Shown here: one piece after another, positions 15,121 to 29,417 of the stretch
Layout: every line of letters begins with the position of its first letter
Position numbering within the stretch: position 1 is the first letter of the stretch
Origin: Veleropilina oligotropha
Taxonomy: Eukaryota
NCBI GenBank assembly: GCA_048128005.1
Contig: JBEUKZ010000047.1
Span: forward strand, 1-64,000
Direction of reading: 5' to 3'
DNA length: 64,000 nt
Notes under the pieces: generated by a model
The model's database searches: none
What the model saw: the letters and a program-made list of their open reading frames with translations, nothing else
Told to the model about the DNA's origin: nothing
Translations under genes and position numbers: made by a program

Positions 15121-16239
15121 CGATAGCCACGACCAGGAGATGGGTGTCCCTCAAGGAAGTATTTTATCAGTCACCCTATTCAGTATTAAAATAAACAGTA
15201 TCGTCAAATGTATTAGTACTGGCACTGACTGTTTATTATTTGTTGACGATTTTGGCATTTGCTATCGTTCAACAAATATGAACAGTATAGAACGCCAGCT
15301 ACAACATGGCCTAAATAAATTACAGATATGGTCCGATGAGAATGGATTCAAATTCTCAAACGACAAAACTAAATGCATGCACTTCTGCCAGCGTCGTGAA
15401 ATACATGACGACCCTGTGTTGAAGCTGGATGACTTTGAGATTCCAGTGGTAGATCAATTTAAATTTTTAGGCCTTGTATTTGACCGAAAACTGTCTTTCA
15501 TACCGCATTTAAAATACATTAAAGCTAAATGTAAAAAAGCTTTAAATTTAATGAAAGTAGTTTCTAATACTGAATTTGGTGCCGATAAAAAAGTTTTACT
15601 TAGATTATATAGATCTGTAATTAGATCTAAACTTGATTATGGGAGCATTGTATATGGCTCTGCTCGCCATTCATACCTTAAAATGCTTGATCCAATCCAT
15701 AACCAAGGGCTTCGACTTGCACTGGGGGCTTTCCGTACATCACCCATGGAAAGCCTCTATGTCGAATCCAACGAACCATCTCTTACACTCAGACGTGAAA
15801 AATTATCACTACAATATGCAATAAAATTAAAATCAAATCCATCTAACCCTGCTTTCGAAACTGTATTTACACCAAATTATGAACATCTATATCAGGCAAA
15901 ACCAAACAAAATTGCACCGTTTGGCATCCGCATAAAACCAGCACTAGAAAACGCAGGCATACATGTAGGTCAAATTAAAACAAATCACATTCCGGATACT
16001 CCACCATGGACATTAAAAGTACCGGTAATTGATCTACAACTTACATCACTCAAAAAATCAAACAGAGACACATCAGATTATCTCATAAAAGTGCACGATC
16101 TGAAATCAAAATATTCAGATCGTGCAAGCATATACACAGATGGTTCAAAAGATGCAGAATTAGTAGGAGCAGCCGCTGTCACTGGCAGACAATGTTTTCA
16201 AAACCGTCTGCCAGGCAGCGCGACTATATATACTGCAGA
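15121..16239 (+). mobile_element. I/Nimb LINE segment 2 (RT core to RNase H start) directly after the tail of copy 1
   Basis: Restarts at CCACGACCAGGAGATGGG (homologous to ~12980) and ends at ..ATIYTA. Confidence 0.9.
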
Positions 16240-16522
16240 TCACGGATCCAGAGGGGGGTCGGACCCCCCCCCCCTTGACGGACCCAGTGTCCCTTTGCCT
16301 CGGCCATTAAAAAACTCAATGTGTTAGATTGTGGAAAAAATGGTAAATTACTCATACATTTTAGTGAAAATGGTTAATAAATTTCGGTAAGAAATATCGC
16401 TTTTGTCCTGTCAAAGTGCAGGAGAGGAGGTTTCAGGCTGTTGATTGTCAAAATTTTCTAACAGTTGATAGTATTTTAGGAAAGTTGGACCCCCCTTTAT
16501 CATAATCCTGGATCCGCCCCTG
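16236..16522. mobile_element. Possible hAT-type MITE truncating LINE segment 2
   Basis: CAGATCACGGATCCAG ... CTGGATCCGCCCCTG imperfect TIRs; no TSD seen. Confidence 0.45.
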
Positions 16523-16544
16523 TGTTTGTTCAGATATCGCAGAT

Positions 16545-16760
16545 GGATGGACTGATGCTAAATGTCCTGTATATTTACAACTATCAGATTCAAGGTTGGA
16601 TATGTCCATATTATGGTGGGTGGAAAGCCCGAGAAAACCCACCCTCTAAGGCCAGTTACAGACAACTGTGATTGATAACTGAACAAGGAATGTTAATGTG
16701 CCAGCCGAGATTCACACAAAGTTCTGTTAGTTAACGCAATCGAGCCAGTGATTTCAGATT
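16545..16760 (-). mobile_element. Degenerate SINE-like dispersed repeat (related remnants near 17335-17470, 17890-17990, 18460-18530, 32140-32360, 32860-33060)
   Basis: Shared + strand motifs GATGCT(T)AATGTCCTGTATATTT, TTCAA(A/G)GCAGG, CCAGTTACGGACAACTGTGA and a B-box-like GATTCGAACCC in some copies. Confidence 0.5.
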
Positions 16761-18007
16761 CGGCATTCAATACTACATGACTACGGGGCGGCCAGATTAC
16801 ATAGAGAAAAGGCTAATTGAGAATGGTGATATATTGAAAATAACCACTCTAACAAATAATCCTTTCTTTGAAACAGTGGTTGATACAGAAATAATTGTGA
16901 CAACTGTTCATCAAAAACTTCAGTATAGGCATGATTGTTACATAACTACCCTAATCTGAAATTGATTCCACCAATATCAAAATGTTGTCGCAACATCGTG
17001 TCAATGGCTTTATTTATCAATATACATGTACGTATAATATTATATTGTATGTATATTCTTAGAAACTAATAGTAGTTTATATCAAAAGAGTTGTCTTTAA
17101 AGTTTACAAAAATGAATACTTTTACTTAAATTGACCAGTTTATAACCGATAGAGGGCGCATAATTTTGGGAGAGTCGATACAATATCAACCCGTTTTGCT
17201 ATAATTGATCACACATCAGGAGTAATGACTCCACCTCGCATCTGTCATCACTAATTACAATATATTTTCACAGGTTAAGGGCAGCAATACTAGTAATCTA
17301 AATCATGGTGCAACTAATGAAATGAAAAGGAAAGGATCGATGCTTAATGTCTTGTATATTTCCAACCATAATTTGCTTCAAAGCAGGACATGTCTAAATT
17401 ATCGCGGAGGAAAGCCCTGTCGCCCCTCCCTCTCCGACCAGTTACGGACAACTGTAATTCTTAACTTAAACAAATGTGTGCTTCCTCTGCCGACGTTTGA
17501 CCCCACTACTAATAACATAAATAATAAATACATGATGGCATTATCATCATCCCGAACCTATATGTTCACAAATGCTTTAAATTGGAAACCTAGCTGTCTG
17601 TAATATTGACTTGTCAGCAAAAACTGCACTGTAAAGGATACTTTATTTCAGATAAAACTTAGATTTTTGCTCCGTTATAACAATCTTCAGGTTCATACGA
17701 GGTCACGTCCATATTATCACTGGAGGAAAACCCACCTCAAGACCAGTTTTGGACAACAGAGAACTCTAATTCACTCTTGTAAGAGAGAGCAGTCAAGCCA
17801 ATAAATTGAGAGCCCACAATCGTGTCGACTCACCTACCAGTACATCACGATATATTTAACATACATAATTTACCAAGTTTAGATATCATAGATGGATGGA
17901 TTGATGCTTATAATGTCCTGTATATTTACAACCATCGGATTCAAGGCAGGGCATGTCCATATTATCTGTGCCCTCTATCAGTTACCAAGTAATCATATAG
18001 TTTGACG

Positions 18008-18256
18008 TTTTTTATGCCACCACCAATTTATTGGGGTGGCATTTAGATTTACTCTTGTCCGTCCCGTCCGTCCGTCCCGTCCCGTCCGTCCCGAAACCAG
18101 TATTTGCGTGTAAGCAAACCAGTATTTGCGTGTAAGCAACTCCAATCTGCTATAACTTCTATTTGCCTTCATGGATTGACTTGATACTTTGTACACTGCC
18201 CCTATGGTCAAGGCTGCCAGTGGGGGCATTTGTGTCCCATGGACATATTTCTAGTT
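18008..18256 (+). mobile_element. HINE-like element with (GTCC)n microsatellite
   Basis: T-run + ATGCCAC..GTGGCAT hairpin, GTCC repeats, GGGGGCAT subterminal repeat, TGTCCCATGGACA hairpin, CTAGTT end. Confidence 0.6.
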
Positions 18257-18854
18257 TTATTAAACATCACAAGATGTCATTTTAACCCATGAAACGTCAC
18301 CGATTTGCAATAATGGGAAAAAGATTACGGTGAGCTATTTAATCAAAATTTACTAATATTTCCTTTTATTATATTATTTTTAGACTTAATTGATATGTTA
18401 TTCTATAGGCCGAAGTCTTTCTAATAAATTATTTGTTGCAATTATCTTGTTTAAATATCGCTTGGGGAAATCCACCCTCTTCGATCATGCAGTTACAGAC
18501 TACTGTGATTCATAACTGAACAAATAATGTCACGTCTATCAGTGAAGATACAACAAACATTATTTTTTCATATATGCATGTATTAAAACAGCATTAAGAG
18601 ATTATATTGTTTTGTGAGATAATCCATGGCATTAGGCTGAAAGTTTTGCCAAATTTAGTATATGTAAATGGTGTCCTAAATATGCTTCCGTACAATGCAC
18701 ATTACACATATTGTTGTCGAATTTCAGCAAAATTTTTTGTCATTTGAAAAGAAAACTAACCGCATTACAATTTTCATGTATAATATATATTTTTTTAATA
18801 TTCAACTTCCATCAGTAATTTTCTATAGTTTAAATTAATAGCTACTGAAGATGA

Positions 18855-19211
18855 AACAAGAACGACGCGTTCGGAATATGTCTTGACCTTTCTTTATTTC
18901 CGTCAAATTTTCATAACAGTTATAACGTTACAATGGTTATATAAGTGCAAGCTTTCATGGCTTAATTTACTACCCCGTCGATTGTGACGTCACCAAATGA
19001 CGATTAATCTAAAGCGACATCGTAATGACGTCATTGCTCTTTGCTTGCAATATTAGACATACGCTATATACAATATGCATAAAAGTGCCTAATAAATGCA
19101 TATTTTTGCAAAATTATGTCGCAAAAGTTATATACACGACCTACAAATAATCTTGGGAATGTGTGTACCAATTTTCAGGATAATTGGTTCAATAGTTTTC
19201 GAGAAAATTAC

Positions 19212-19257
<46 letters not shown>

Positions 19258-19322
19258 TATATACACACGGACCATTTGATAATGTCTTGTCCTTTTTTGT
19301 CAAAAAGGTCAAGACATAAAAA
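18855..19322 (-). mobile_element. HINE/DINE-1-like element, copy 2
   Basis: Co-linear with 7483-7934, with the same subterminal IRs and internal (TA)n. Confidence 0.7.
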
Positions 19323-21205
19323 TAATTGAAAGTGGTCAGCTTTTAACCACCTTGCACCGTGTGCCATTTCCAATTGACCAAGCTGAAGCAAAGTAGCGTA
19401 GGTTTATACTCGTCAAGTTAGGTTTATATTTGACAATAATATATATTGCCTAGTTACAATTATAATTTCAATAAAAATCTATCATTTGATCATATGTCGA
19501 TCATACCACAGTGAAAATTGGATCAATCTGCGCGAACCGTGCGATAGAGGTCTTCCGTCATGCTACACAGTCACGAATTTACGAACAATGGTCACTTTAA
19601 CGTCAAATTACTTCTCAGTGACCACATATATTTAGGAAAACATTGTTGTTTTTCAACAAGGAGATAATGGAGATACTTTTTCTCTAAAGTTCTTGTATTC
19701 ACCCCTTAGGCTGCAGCACTTCATCATTTAGGATGACATATATTGGCTTCGGCCCACGGCCTACTTCCATTATACAATTTATACAGATTTTCAACATGAT
19801 TTTAGCTTGTGTAATTACAGTTATTGAATTTAATGATCGCATATGGCGGCCTAAAATGCCTTACTTTCATATACATGTCGAGGTTGTCCAATGTTTGGAT
19901 GATATGAAAGAACATACATTGTTTGCTGTTTATAATAAAAAGTCTCCACCAAAATCGTTGCCCACTTGTGGAATATTAACATTCAATGGCAACCCTTTTG
20001 GTAAAATTCTGTCATTTCATCGAAACATGCAGATGTTAAATGCGAAAAAATATTATAAATTGAATGCGATGTGACATTGTAAAATACTTTTAAAGGGCAA
20101 TTTCACAGTAACCTAGGCTACAAATGTCTCACAGGGTAAAAAAAGAAGTCACTTTTTTACTTATTTTCCAATTAATATTGAAACATAAAGCTTTATATTT
20201 ATTGAATATTATTATTATGAAGCAACAAATATTGCGGTAACAACATGAAAGTCACTTAATTGAAACAATTTATTGAATAAATGAGAAATCAGCACCCAAA
20301 TATTTGGTATATAACATAAAAGGTTTATGCTTATTTGCCTAATAAAATATTAAAGACATATACAATGAAAACAACGTCTTTGCGGCATATAAACATCATA
20401 TCGGAGTGACAAAATTATATTTTGGGGGAAATTTTGACCATAAATTTGAATAATTTACAAACATTATACCCAAATGAGACAATTAATGATATTAAGTATT
20501 CATAAACATGATAAAACCAAGCAGTGGACAAATCTGAAGCTTCTAATATTAACATTTGGGAGTTTTATAGCATTAATATCATCAATCACATCATTATATA
20601 AAGATCGTTAATTTGTGTCGGAGTGGACATTTTTGGACATAAAAAGACATTACATTAGCACCCCAATAATTAGTATATAACATATAAGACCTTTCTTATT
20701 TGCCTAATAATAAAGTAACAACATGATATATCAATAAAAAACGTGTTCAAGCCATATTTAAACATCATATATCAGTGAAAAATTGAATTTGTCGGAAATT
20801 TTACAAACAATTTTGAAGAATGAACAGATATTATTACCAAATAAAACAATTAATGATATTAAGTATTCATAAACATGATAAAACCAAGCAGTGGACACAT
20901 CTGAAGCTTCTAATATTAACATTAGGGAGTTTTATAGCATTAATATCATCAATCACCTCATTAAATAATGATCGTTAATTTGTGTCGGAGTGGACATTTT
21001 TTGGATGTGAATAAAATTATATATTCGTGACAAACTTGTCAATACTAAACATGTTAAATGAGTTGATTCTATTTATTTCTGTAATAGTATATCATCAATT
21101 GATGATTTACACAATATCAATCATTATCTATTCAATAGCAAATGCAACTTTTATAGTTTAAATTACAAAATACAATGATATGCAACATAAATGTGGTTGT
21201 TTCCA

Positions 21206-21374
21206 TTTTTGTCTCGCCCCGAAGGGAAAAGCGAGACTTAGGGATTGCATTTTCCGGCGTCGTCGTCGTCGGCGTCGTGTCATTTTCGGTTAAAGTTTTT
21301 CATTGAATGGAATTTTCTGATACATTGATATATATATATTTAAAGGGCGAGACATATCGGACCGTGGTTCTTGT
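21206..21374 (+). mobile_element. Short HINE-like element with (GTC)n
   Basis: TTTTTGTCTCGCC..GCGAGAC hairpin, (GTC)n, GGGCGAGACATA, GGACCGTGGTTC-TTGT; second copy at 25376. Confidence 0.6.
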
Positions 21375-24300
21375 AACTTCAAACACATTCATTTTCTTAA
21401 GTAACATGTATCATTTCATCATACTTAGCCCTATTGGTACCTTACCTGTTGCTTACATTCTCAATTTTGAGGGAAAAATTAATACATTTGTATGTGTCGG
21501 AGTGGACAAATAATTGAACACCGTCAAAGAAGGCACACATTGTGTGTATAACTATCAATCTAAACATTAAAGTTATATTAAAACTTGTTAACCATCTACT
21601 CTACACAGAATAAACGCCTCCTAATCTTAATTATTTCATCACGTTAGCCATGGTGCCTTCAACAATATTGAACGTTTTTCTGAGAAGCTGAAATGACGGC
21701 TTGAAGCAGGTGCAGGTGGCTCGTCCAGGACGCACAGAACGTCCGCGACAGGCAGCGTGTCCCTTTCTGTCTTCCGAGGCCATGAGAATCTATTTACTCC
21801 AGACTGGGTCTTCATGAAGTTTATGGTGGCTGCATCATCCTGCACTTCTTCTGGCCACCAGTGATCGTCGTAGACTGCTGCCACCCATGATCCAACCGCC
21901 AGTACTGCAGATGCAAATGCCATTTGATATTATTATGTTTACACACATACATGCATGCATTTTGATCGGCTGCTATATCACAAGGATGACCTGATGACTG
22001 ATTGACTGTGTAAATTTTACCTGGAGTGTCAAAGTTCTCTGCAACATCGACAGCGACAGCAGCTTCGACCTCGTCAGTGATGGCTGTATCCAACTCATCG
22101 TCTACAACGGCTGCAACTGTAAATTAATTATTTATAACTATATTGTTATAGATTGATTATTTTAATAGTTGCATTACTAAGCAATGGCAATTATAATACA
22201 TGGTGTACGTTGGTGTAATTTAAAATAACAGCTACAGAATAACAATTGGTACCTTTTGAAAGTTGCAAGTTGTGGGTCATCCAAGTTCCAGCATACAGTT
22301 TGTTGGTGCAAACCATGCCTTCTCCTTTGGTGCAGAATACGCAGAAGCAGGAAAGTGGTCGGCTCTGTATTTGGTAAGGTCGTCCTGTGCTACGAACATC
22401 ATGTATTTTCATTGTTCCATTGACGGTTTTGGTCTTTTGTTGAGGTCTGTCTCTGTTGATGTGCTCAACATAAAAGAACTTTCGAGTTGAGTTTTTGGTA
22501 AGTGCCTTCTGCGATGGAAATGCTGCACTGACGCCAACATCTGTCAAATGCTCTTCGCAATAGTTGAATAATTATTTCGCGTTCCTCACCAATGCCTTCC
22601 GGTGCGTTACGGAATGCTTCACCATGGCTGAGGGGCCATCTGCGGCGGATTTGCCATGATACGATTCATAGTAATGGCGCTGACCATCAGGAGAAAGCGA
22701 GATATCGGCAAAGCTTACTTTTCCCCGATATTGACTGGCACAGCAATCTGAGAATTGGATGACTTTGGCGACTCCATCCATATTCATCCTTGAGATGCGT
22801 GCATGCGAGATCACAGTAGATAGCGGCTGCCGCTGCATCATGCTTCAAATCAGGTGATAATGCTACAAGGTTGACTATGTGCATTGCTGATGACTCCGTG
22901 TCGCTGGCATTTGTGTAGGCCACCATTGCGTGAATGGTCACTTAATTTTGTGACCAGTGCGCAGACTGAACCTCATCCTGATAAGAGCAGGCATAGTTCT
23001 GAGCAAAGTCTATTACCATCACTGTTGACCGAGCAGGCATTGCATCCTTTGCATCGGTGAACTGGCGTTGCTCCGGAATAGATGGTTGTCGAGGGAGTCT
23101 ACTTCTTTCACAACTGTTTCGACAAATTCTTTGACAGTTGTGGTGTGTGTTACTAGGTCAGTCGAGGTGCAAATTTTGGGTTTCTTGCCTCCTTTTCCAT
23201 CACGAATCATCTTTTCCTCATGTACTGTTTGCCACTTGTTGTACGCCATTGGCTGATCGGCAACTGCGTCTACCAAAGGCTGGTAATGGGACTTAAGTCG
23301 GCACAAGATTCACAACTGCCATCGAGGCATGCAGGTTTCGGATGCTCGATGTAGGTACACAGGTTGAGGTCAGCTAGATCCTTCTCTCCTTTCAGTTTGA
23401 GGTCCCCCAGGTGATTCATTTGGCACGCTTGATCTATAGCTTGTACAATGAATTTCGCATTTTCACACTTTGGACAGCAACACACGTTTCTCGCAGAAGC
23501 TTGCAGCTTTCGGACATTACTTGGGCGCAGCCGAAGGAACTTGATGAACCCGACCTTTGTTTTTGGATGTCTATGCTTGAAGTCATTGTAGATGCTGATG
23601 TACGTGGAAGTCAGCACGAAGATTGATCGGTTCTTTTTAACTCTCTTTTTGCAGGGATATTGTCTTGATGCACCAAACCAGAAGTTGGTAACTTTCTCTT
23701 CTACAATCTCTGCAAGACGGTCTTTCCTAGCTTTTCTTCGGCTATTTTTCCCTGTGCTCACTCGGTGGTATACGTTCTTGCTGATGCCCAGAGTCATTGC
23801 ATGTCGATACGTCAGCTTCCCTTTCTTGGCAGCGGAGGCAAGTTCATAGTAAGAGCGCCACTTCTCATCACCTTTCGATGTTTTCGCATCTTCTACGATG
23901 TGCCTAATTCCCTCCTCGATTGGTGTGGCTTTGTCATCGTTGTAAAGCTTTCGTTTTAGTCCGCGACGTTCTAGCTCAGCGCGTATCTTTGGTGTTGTTG
24001 AGGTGGTCAGCTTCTCCACGACATCGGCGTAACTTCTTGGAGATTCACTCATCTGCTCCTTGATCAAAGTCACTTTACGATACACAGTCGAACGACTGGT
24101 TGACTGTTTGTTTCGCAAAGGACTTTGATCCGCAGACGTCACAGGTGTCTGATCCGTACGTTCCTTCGCCTTTCAAGTTGTATCCTTGGTCCTGTCACAC
24201 GTCACCTTTTGGCGTTTACGAGATGCTCTGCTTGACTGACGATGAAGGCACCAATATTCCCGTTTCTCCCCCGGAGACATGTCTCATTGTTTTTTCTTTG

Positions 24301-24759
24301 GCGGTTCAGATGTACATGTATCATGACGATCATTAGATTTTGCTGATACACCCTTATTTTGTCTGTCTTTTTCTGGTGCGCCCATTTTGTTCTCCTCGCA
24401 TCTATCTCATCCTGTGACGTCGACTCTCGTAAATGCCAACGTTTTCTTTCCTCTTCGTTCTGGGCAGATGACTTTTCGGGATTCTCCAGTTTTAACGCCT
24501 TCCAGTAAACTGTCGACCTGCTCAATTTACACTCACTCGAAGTATCCTGACCACTGTTAGTTTCAATAGTGTTTGATTGATCTGACTTGGGTCGCAGTTT
24601 CCAAGGGAAACTGATGACCAGTCTGTTGTCTGTCATGTTCGTAGTTTATTTGGTACTACAGTATACTACACATGTTTTTACCAGAAGTCCATAAGAGCTA
24701 CATCTACAGGCATATCACAGAAGAAACCTGAAATGGAAGCAAAGGCATGCATTACAAGA

Positions 24760-24990
24760 TCACCACCAGTTAACCAAGAGTATCATATGCATCAGTAGAT
24801 CATCGCCAGTTAATTTATAAGAGGTGCACATGCAAGACCACCACCAGTTAATAAGAAGTACACATGCATTATAAGGCCACCACCAGTTAATAAGTACACA
24901 TGCATTATAAGACCAGCACCAGTTAATAAGAAGTACACATGCATTATAAGACCACCACCAGTCAATAAAAATGAGTACCATGCATTTATA
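24760..24990. repeat. Minisatellite, ~38-41 bp unit, about 5-6 degenerate copies
   Basis: Recurring ACCACCAGTTAATAAGAAGTACACATGCATTATAAG. Confidence 0.8.
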
Positions 24991-25375
24991 CTTGAATTTT
25001 AGCAATTGACCAAATATATGTCCACTACGACACAACATAAAGGTTTGTTCCATTAATTATATTGGTAACTATGTGAAGTACTGGATGAATATGTGAATTG
25101 GAAATGTTGAAGTCCTTGTATATTCACTAAAACTGTGTGTAAAGTAGATTTCAACAATCATATTTTGACAAATTCAGCTTTAATCATGTATTGATATAAA
25201 AACGGCTAACACAGCTATGAGATGTTATATACTGGCAGTGAGTAAATTAAGGTCCAGACATGGTAACTTGTTTACAGGTTACCACTTTTGAAAGTGTGGT
25301 AACCTTTAGGTAAAAAACAGGTTACCATGCATTGTTTCAAAACTTTTGAACCAAGTTTTAAATTACCGGTGACTG

Positions 25376-25551
25376 TTTTTGTCTCGCCCTGAAGGGAAAG
25401 CGAGACTTAGGGATTACATTTTCCGTCGTCGTCGTCGGCGTGTCATTTTCGGTTAAAGTTTTTTCGGTTAAAGTTTTTCATTGGATGGAATTTTATGATA
25501 CATTGATATATATATTTAAAGGGCGAGACATATCGGACCGTGGTACTTGTT
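25376..25551 (+). mobile_element. Short HINE-like element, second copy
   Basis: Co-linear with 21206-21374. Confidence 0.6.
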
Positions 25552-27103
25552 TATCAGTTAACATTGGAAATTAACTATTTGTAATCATAAACACATTAGA
25601 TGTATCATGTTAATAGGTGTAATAAACTGTATACATTTATTTGTCCAAGATTTTATACAAAAATCTCTTTATAATGGTCACCATTAAATAAGACAATATT
25701 ATTATATGCCCGAGACAGACATTATTAATAGATTTTGATATTCGTATTACAGTATTGTTTCTCTTCCAGGTATTTAGCAATGTTACCGTCATTAGAAGTC
25801 ACAGTGTAAAGAAAAGGAACCTGTTAATTAATCAAAATATACATTTTATTAAATAACAAAACTATTTAAACATTAAAAGTTTGATATCAATAAGACAAAG
25901 AACCATATTGCAAATCGATTTTAAAATTGTGTCAGTTGTTCAGAATATCAGTCGCATGCATTGTCCAAATTTTGTGTCGGAGTGGACATTATGAGGACAT
26001 CACGTTTAATTTACATTTAAAATTGAATCGCTTAGATTTTTGTAAAAGCTGATATATATCATAGTATTGCAGTATGGCAGCTTATACGAATAATTCGAGC
26101 TATTATATATTTGTTATCATTAAACTGACAAAAGATATCAGAATGAATGTGTCGGAGTGGACATTTTTGGACGGATAGTTTTTGACGGATCGTTTTTGAC
26201 GCCACAACAATTAACTGATTTTACCAGTAATATATAATATTGAAGTTTTTTTAAATAGTCAGTCATGTTGTCTTGTATATAGCTGAAAAATAATAGACTT
26301 GCATGTTTATTGGCATTAGAGGTAGGCCAATGTGTCGGAGTGGACATGTTGGACGGACAAAATTAGGATTTTAAAAACGACACAAAACATAAATATACAT
26401 TCGATCCACCCTCATTGTCCATAGCTTGTACTTTTTGGGGCACACCAATCAATTTAAATTGTTGTACATAAATCAGGTAGCATACAGACAAACAACAACA
26501 ATGCAATTCATGTAAATGATTTATTGAAATGAGACGCACAATTCCATCCAATAATGTAATACTTTTGGACGCTGAAATAAAAGTTTTCGTCGCAGATCCT
26601 TGAAATTTTGTACCATGTTTGTCCATCAAGTGCATTAACAAAATTTACAAACACAATCAGCCACACATAATTTGAGGCAGAGTTATTTGCTCAATTATTA
26701 CTGATGGCCTAGGTTACTGTGAAATTGCCGTTAATCTAATAAATTAATATTCTCAAGTTAACTTCGGCAGTGCCTAAATTGACGAAATTTCTTGAGACGA
26801 AATGTCCATTTACCGCATAATAAAACGGACCCTTATTATTTTTCCCATTAAATCCAAAGCCATTCCAATGACCTCGTCTATAGAATCTTGGAAAAATTGC
26901 AAAGTTTATGACTTCAGCTAACTGGCAAAATACATTTGCTGTTTAGGGTTTAAAATTAAAAGTATTTTTCACTGCTTAGGGGCAATTCAACTTTAATAAA
27001 ACTAAAACAGATTAACTGAAATTGTGAATAAATGGACCATTGGTGCATTTAAAGGAGATGGTACTTTATTTGGACGTATTCAGGTTATCTACCACAATTG
27101 ACA

Positions 27104-28435
27104 TATTTCAAGTGTTCATGCAAAAACCGCCAGATTATGCAAGAGGAAATGGAATGCAAATGTTGCTGCGAGTTTGATCTGTGCTCGAAAAAGATGGAGG
27201 CTGCTGAACTATCGTGTATCACCGATCATGAAGGTTTCATTGTCAACTGCCTCAACACTCGTGCTGGAAGTCGCCTTTTACGATTACTTGGATTTGAATG
27301 GTCCCAATGGGGATGAAGAACCTATTCACACGTAAGATCATGTAATGTTTCATAAATTAAGAGTGTTAGCAATTAAACATGTTTGATTTTTGGTCATAGT
27401 GATTATATCGGTAAATCAGGGTTGTAACTAAACAATTTCACTCAATTACATTGCAAAAAACCTCTGTGCTTTATGGATGAAGCTTACAGAGACATATATT
27501 ACTGGAAGTTGATAATGTCATAATTAATTATTTACATGAAGTGGTGTTTCATGACCACGCCAGTAGTATTTAGGTCATAAAGCAGGTCAACCAACTTTGA
27601 ATGATAAAATGAATTGATGGTGTGTGCAATTAGGGCTAATCATGGGAAAAATCTTCGGCACTTCCTGGGTTTGAACCAATGACATTCGTCTTTGTAGACC
27701 AGTACTGTATCCACTCAGCCATGCTACTCACCTAATTATTTAGAACAAATCAATTCATTAACCAGTCAACATATTCAAGACAAACAATGCCTTGATTTAT
27801 TTTCAAACCACACAGAACAATAGTTTTATATTAGAACTTTAAACAAAGATATTTTTGTTTTGATAATGTATATACTGTACATAAGTAGATTAGAAATATT
27901 TTATGCCCCATTGTAACTTTGTCATACAGAGCAGCATGTTCATATTATTATTATTGGAGATACCACTGATTATCTGAAGAAATCCACACATCCTACCTGA
28001 CATGATTGTGACCCTAACCAACACTTATGTTGCCTAGCAGAGAGTAACTACGGGTGATCAATGCTCTTATCCTCCCGACTGTTCACTAGTGGCATGAATG
28101 GTCAATATGATATTTTATCATATAATTTATATTTTTTGTATTTACATGAAATATTTACAAGCGAAGTCCGAATAAACTTTAACATATTCAACTTAATTCA
28201 TACATTTACGAAGATCACATAAGTCGCTATATACAAATAAAGAGAGATAATATAACATATTCTTATCATTTTCAGGCTATACAGACACATCGCCTATGGT
28301 AGGTTTGCCCGATGGATTTGGCAGCGTCTAGGGAAGCGCAACTGGAAGATTCTACCATCCTGTGTTGTATTGAAGATTCGGAATACTTTCCCCTCGATAA
28401 ATTACACAGGATTTCAATATCCCAGATATTATTAA
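27104..28435 (+). pseudogene. Two-exon Cys-rich gene homologous to the P2X7 cytoplasmic ballast (ZCD/nanor-like; Kolobok accessory-protein type)
   Basis: Exon ~27104-27331 CSCKNRQIMQEEMECKCCCE..CITDHEGF..NCLN (frameshift after it) with a GTAAG donor; exon 28276-28435 after TTTCAG reads LYRHIAYGRFARWIWQRLGKRNWKILPSCVVLKIRNTFPSINYTGF. Confidence 0.75.
27660..27727 (-). other. tRNA-like SINE head or tRNA pseudogene
   Basis: A box TGGCTGAGTGG and B box GGTTCAAACCC at tRNA spacing; stems poor. Confidence 0.4.
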
Positions 28436-29417
28436 GTTATATAAGACTGAAGAATTGTATATATTAAGTTAGTTCATCTAGTCTCTTTGAGTGGTGGTGG
28501 TGTGGTGCAGTTTTAGGCCCGCGCCCACTTCATCAGTGTTTTAGCAGGACAGTTCCTTCAGGAACCTCGGTTGCCAAAATTACAATAACTGTGAGTTTGA
28601 TATACAGGTGAGGATGCCGGATTTTCAACATCATAGACCATGAATGATCTAAAGTTAACTGCCTAAACACACTACTGGAAGTTGCATTTTACGAAACCTG
28701 ACAGTTGCGGATAACTGTGACTATTATAATAATAATACTCTGACAGGTCGTATGACCATTATCTCCCCTGGTTATGGGATACGCCGTCTCAACTCCCTAT
28801 GCGAGCATTACACGTTCATAGCGCCATGACTTGCATATTAAACTGCCGGGTGGACCGAGACAAATATATGCATATGGTATCCTTGCCTAAGTGAAATCAG
28901 CGATCTCTGGAGGCGAACAGATCTCTCTGTCCTGTGAACAACCCACTGAACCATGTGACGACAGCACATATCTATTTAGTGATATACCAATATTCTCATC
29001 TACACACAGACGTATGGAATAGAGGTGTTTTCACAGAATTAGTGCTAACTGCATAAGTGTCGAGTCAGGGATTTGAACCAACTCAGAGAAGTCATAGTAA
29101 TCGGTACAAATATATTTGGAGCAATGTTTGTCATAGTGATTGCTGCATGCATTGACTGTTATACTCTCCAAGAGACTTGAGATGTAATCTTGAGTTAAAC
29201 AGGCTGAAGGGGAATCGTGAAATCAGGATCAATGGTGGAACATGTGCCTTAACGTTATCTCTGCTTATTTGGTGATTAATGACTACCTCTCCAAAGCACA
29301 TCAAAACTGTAACTAATATTGACATTTCTGACAAATTCAAGAATATCAACTATCTTTTTGTGGCTTATTATGACTAAATCTGGATCTGTGTCGCTCTATT
29401 AGCTGCTGCTTGTCGAC

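Larger units (their letters stand above)
20095..26730 (-). mobile_element. Sola2-like DNA transposon with degraded transposase (~21640-24640)
   Basis: TIR GGGCAATTTCACAGTAACCTAGGC / GCCTAGGTTACTGTGAAATTGCCG; flanks TAAA/TTAA. Minus-strand motifs CCCPKCEN, DFAQNY..QDEVQSAHW, SPDLKHD, FSDCCASQYRG, HGKSAADG, RPLSCFCVFC. Superfamily assigned from recalled motifs, not a search. Confidence 0.75.

Noticed and set aside
24760..24990. CRISPR-like array or Trp-rich ORF
   Set aside because: The units are contiguous without unique spacers; this is a eukaryotic minisatellite.
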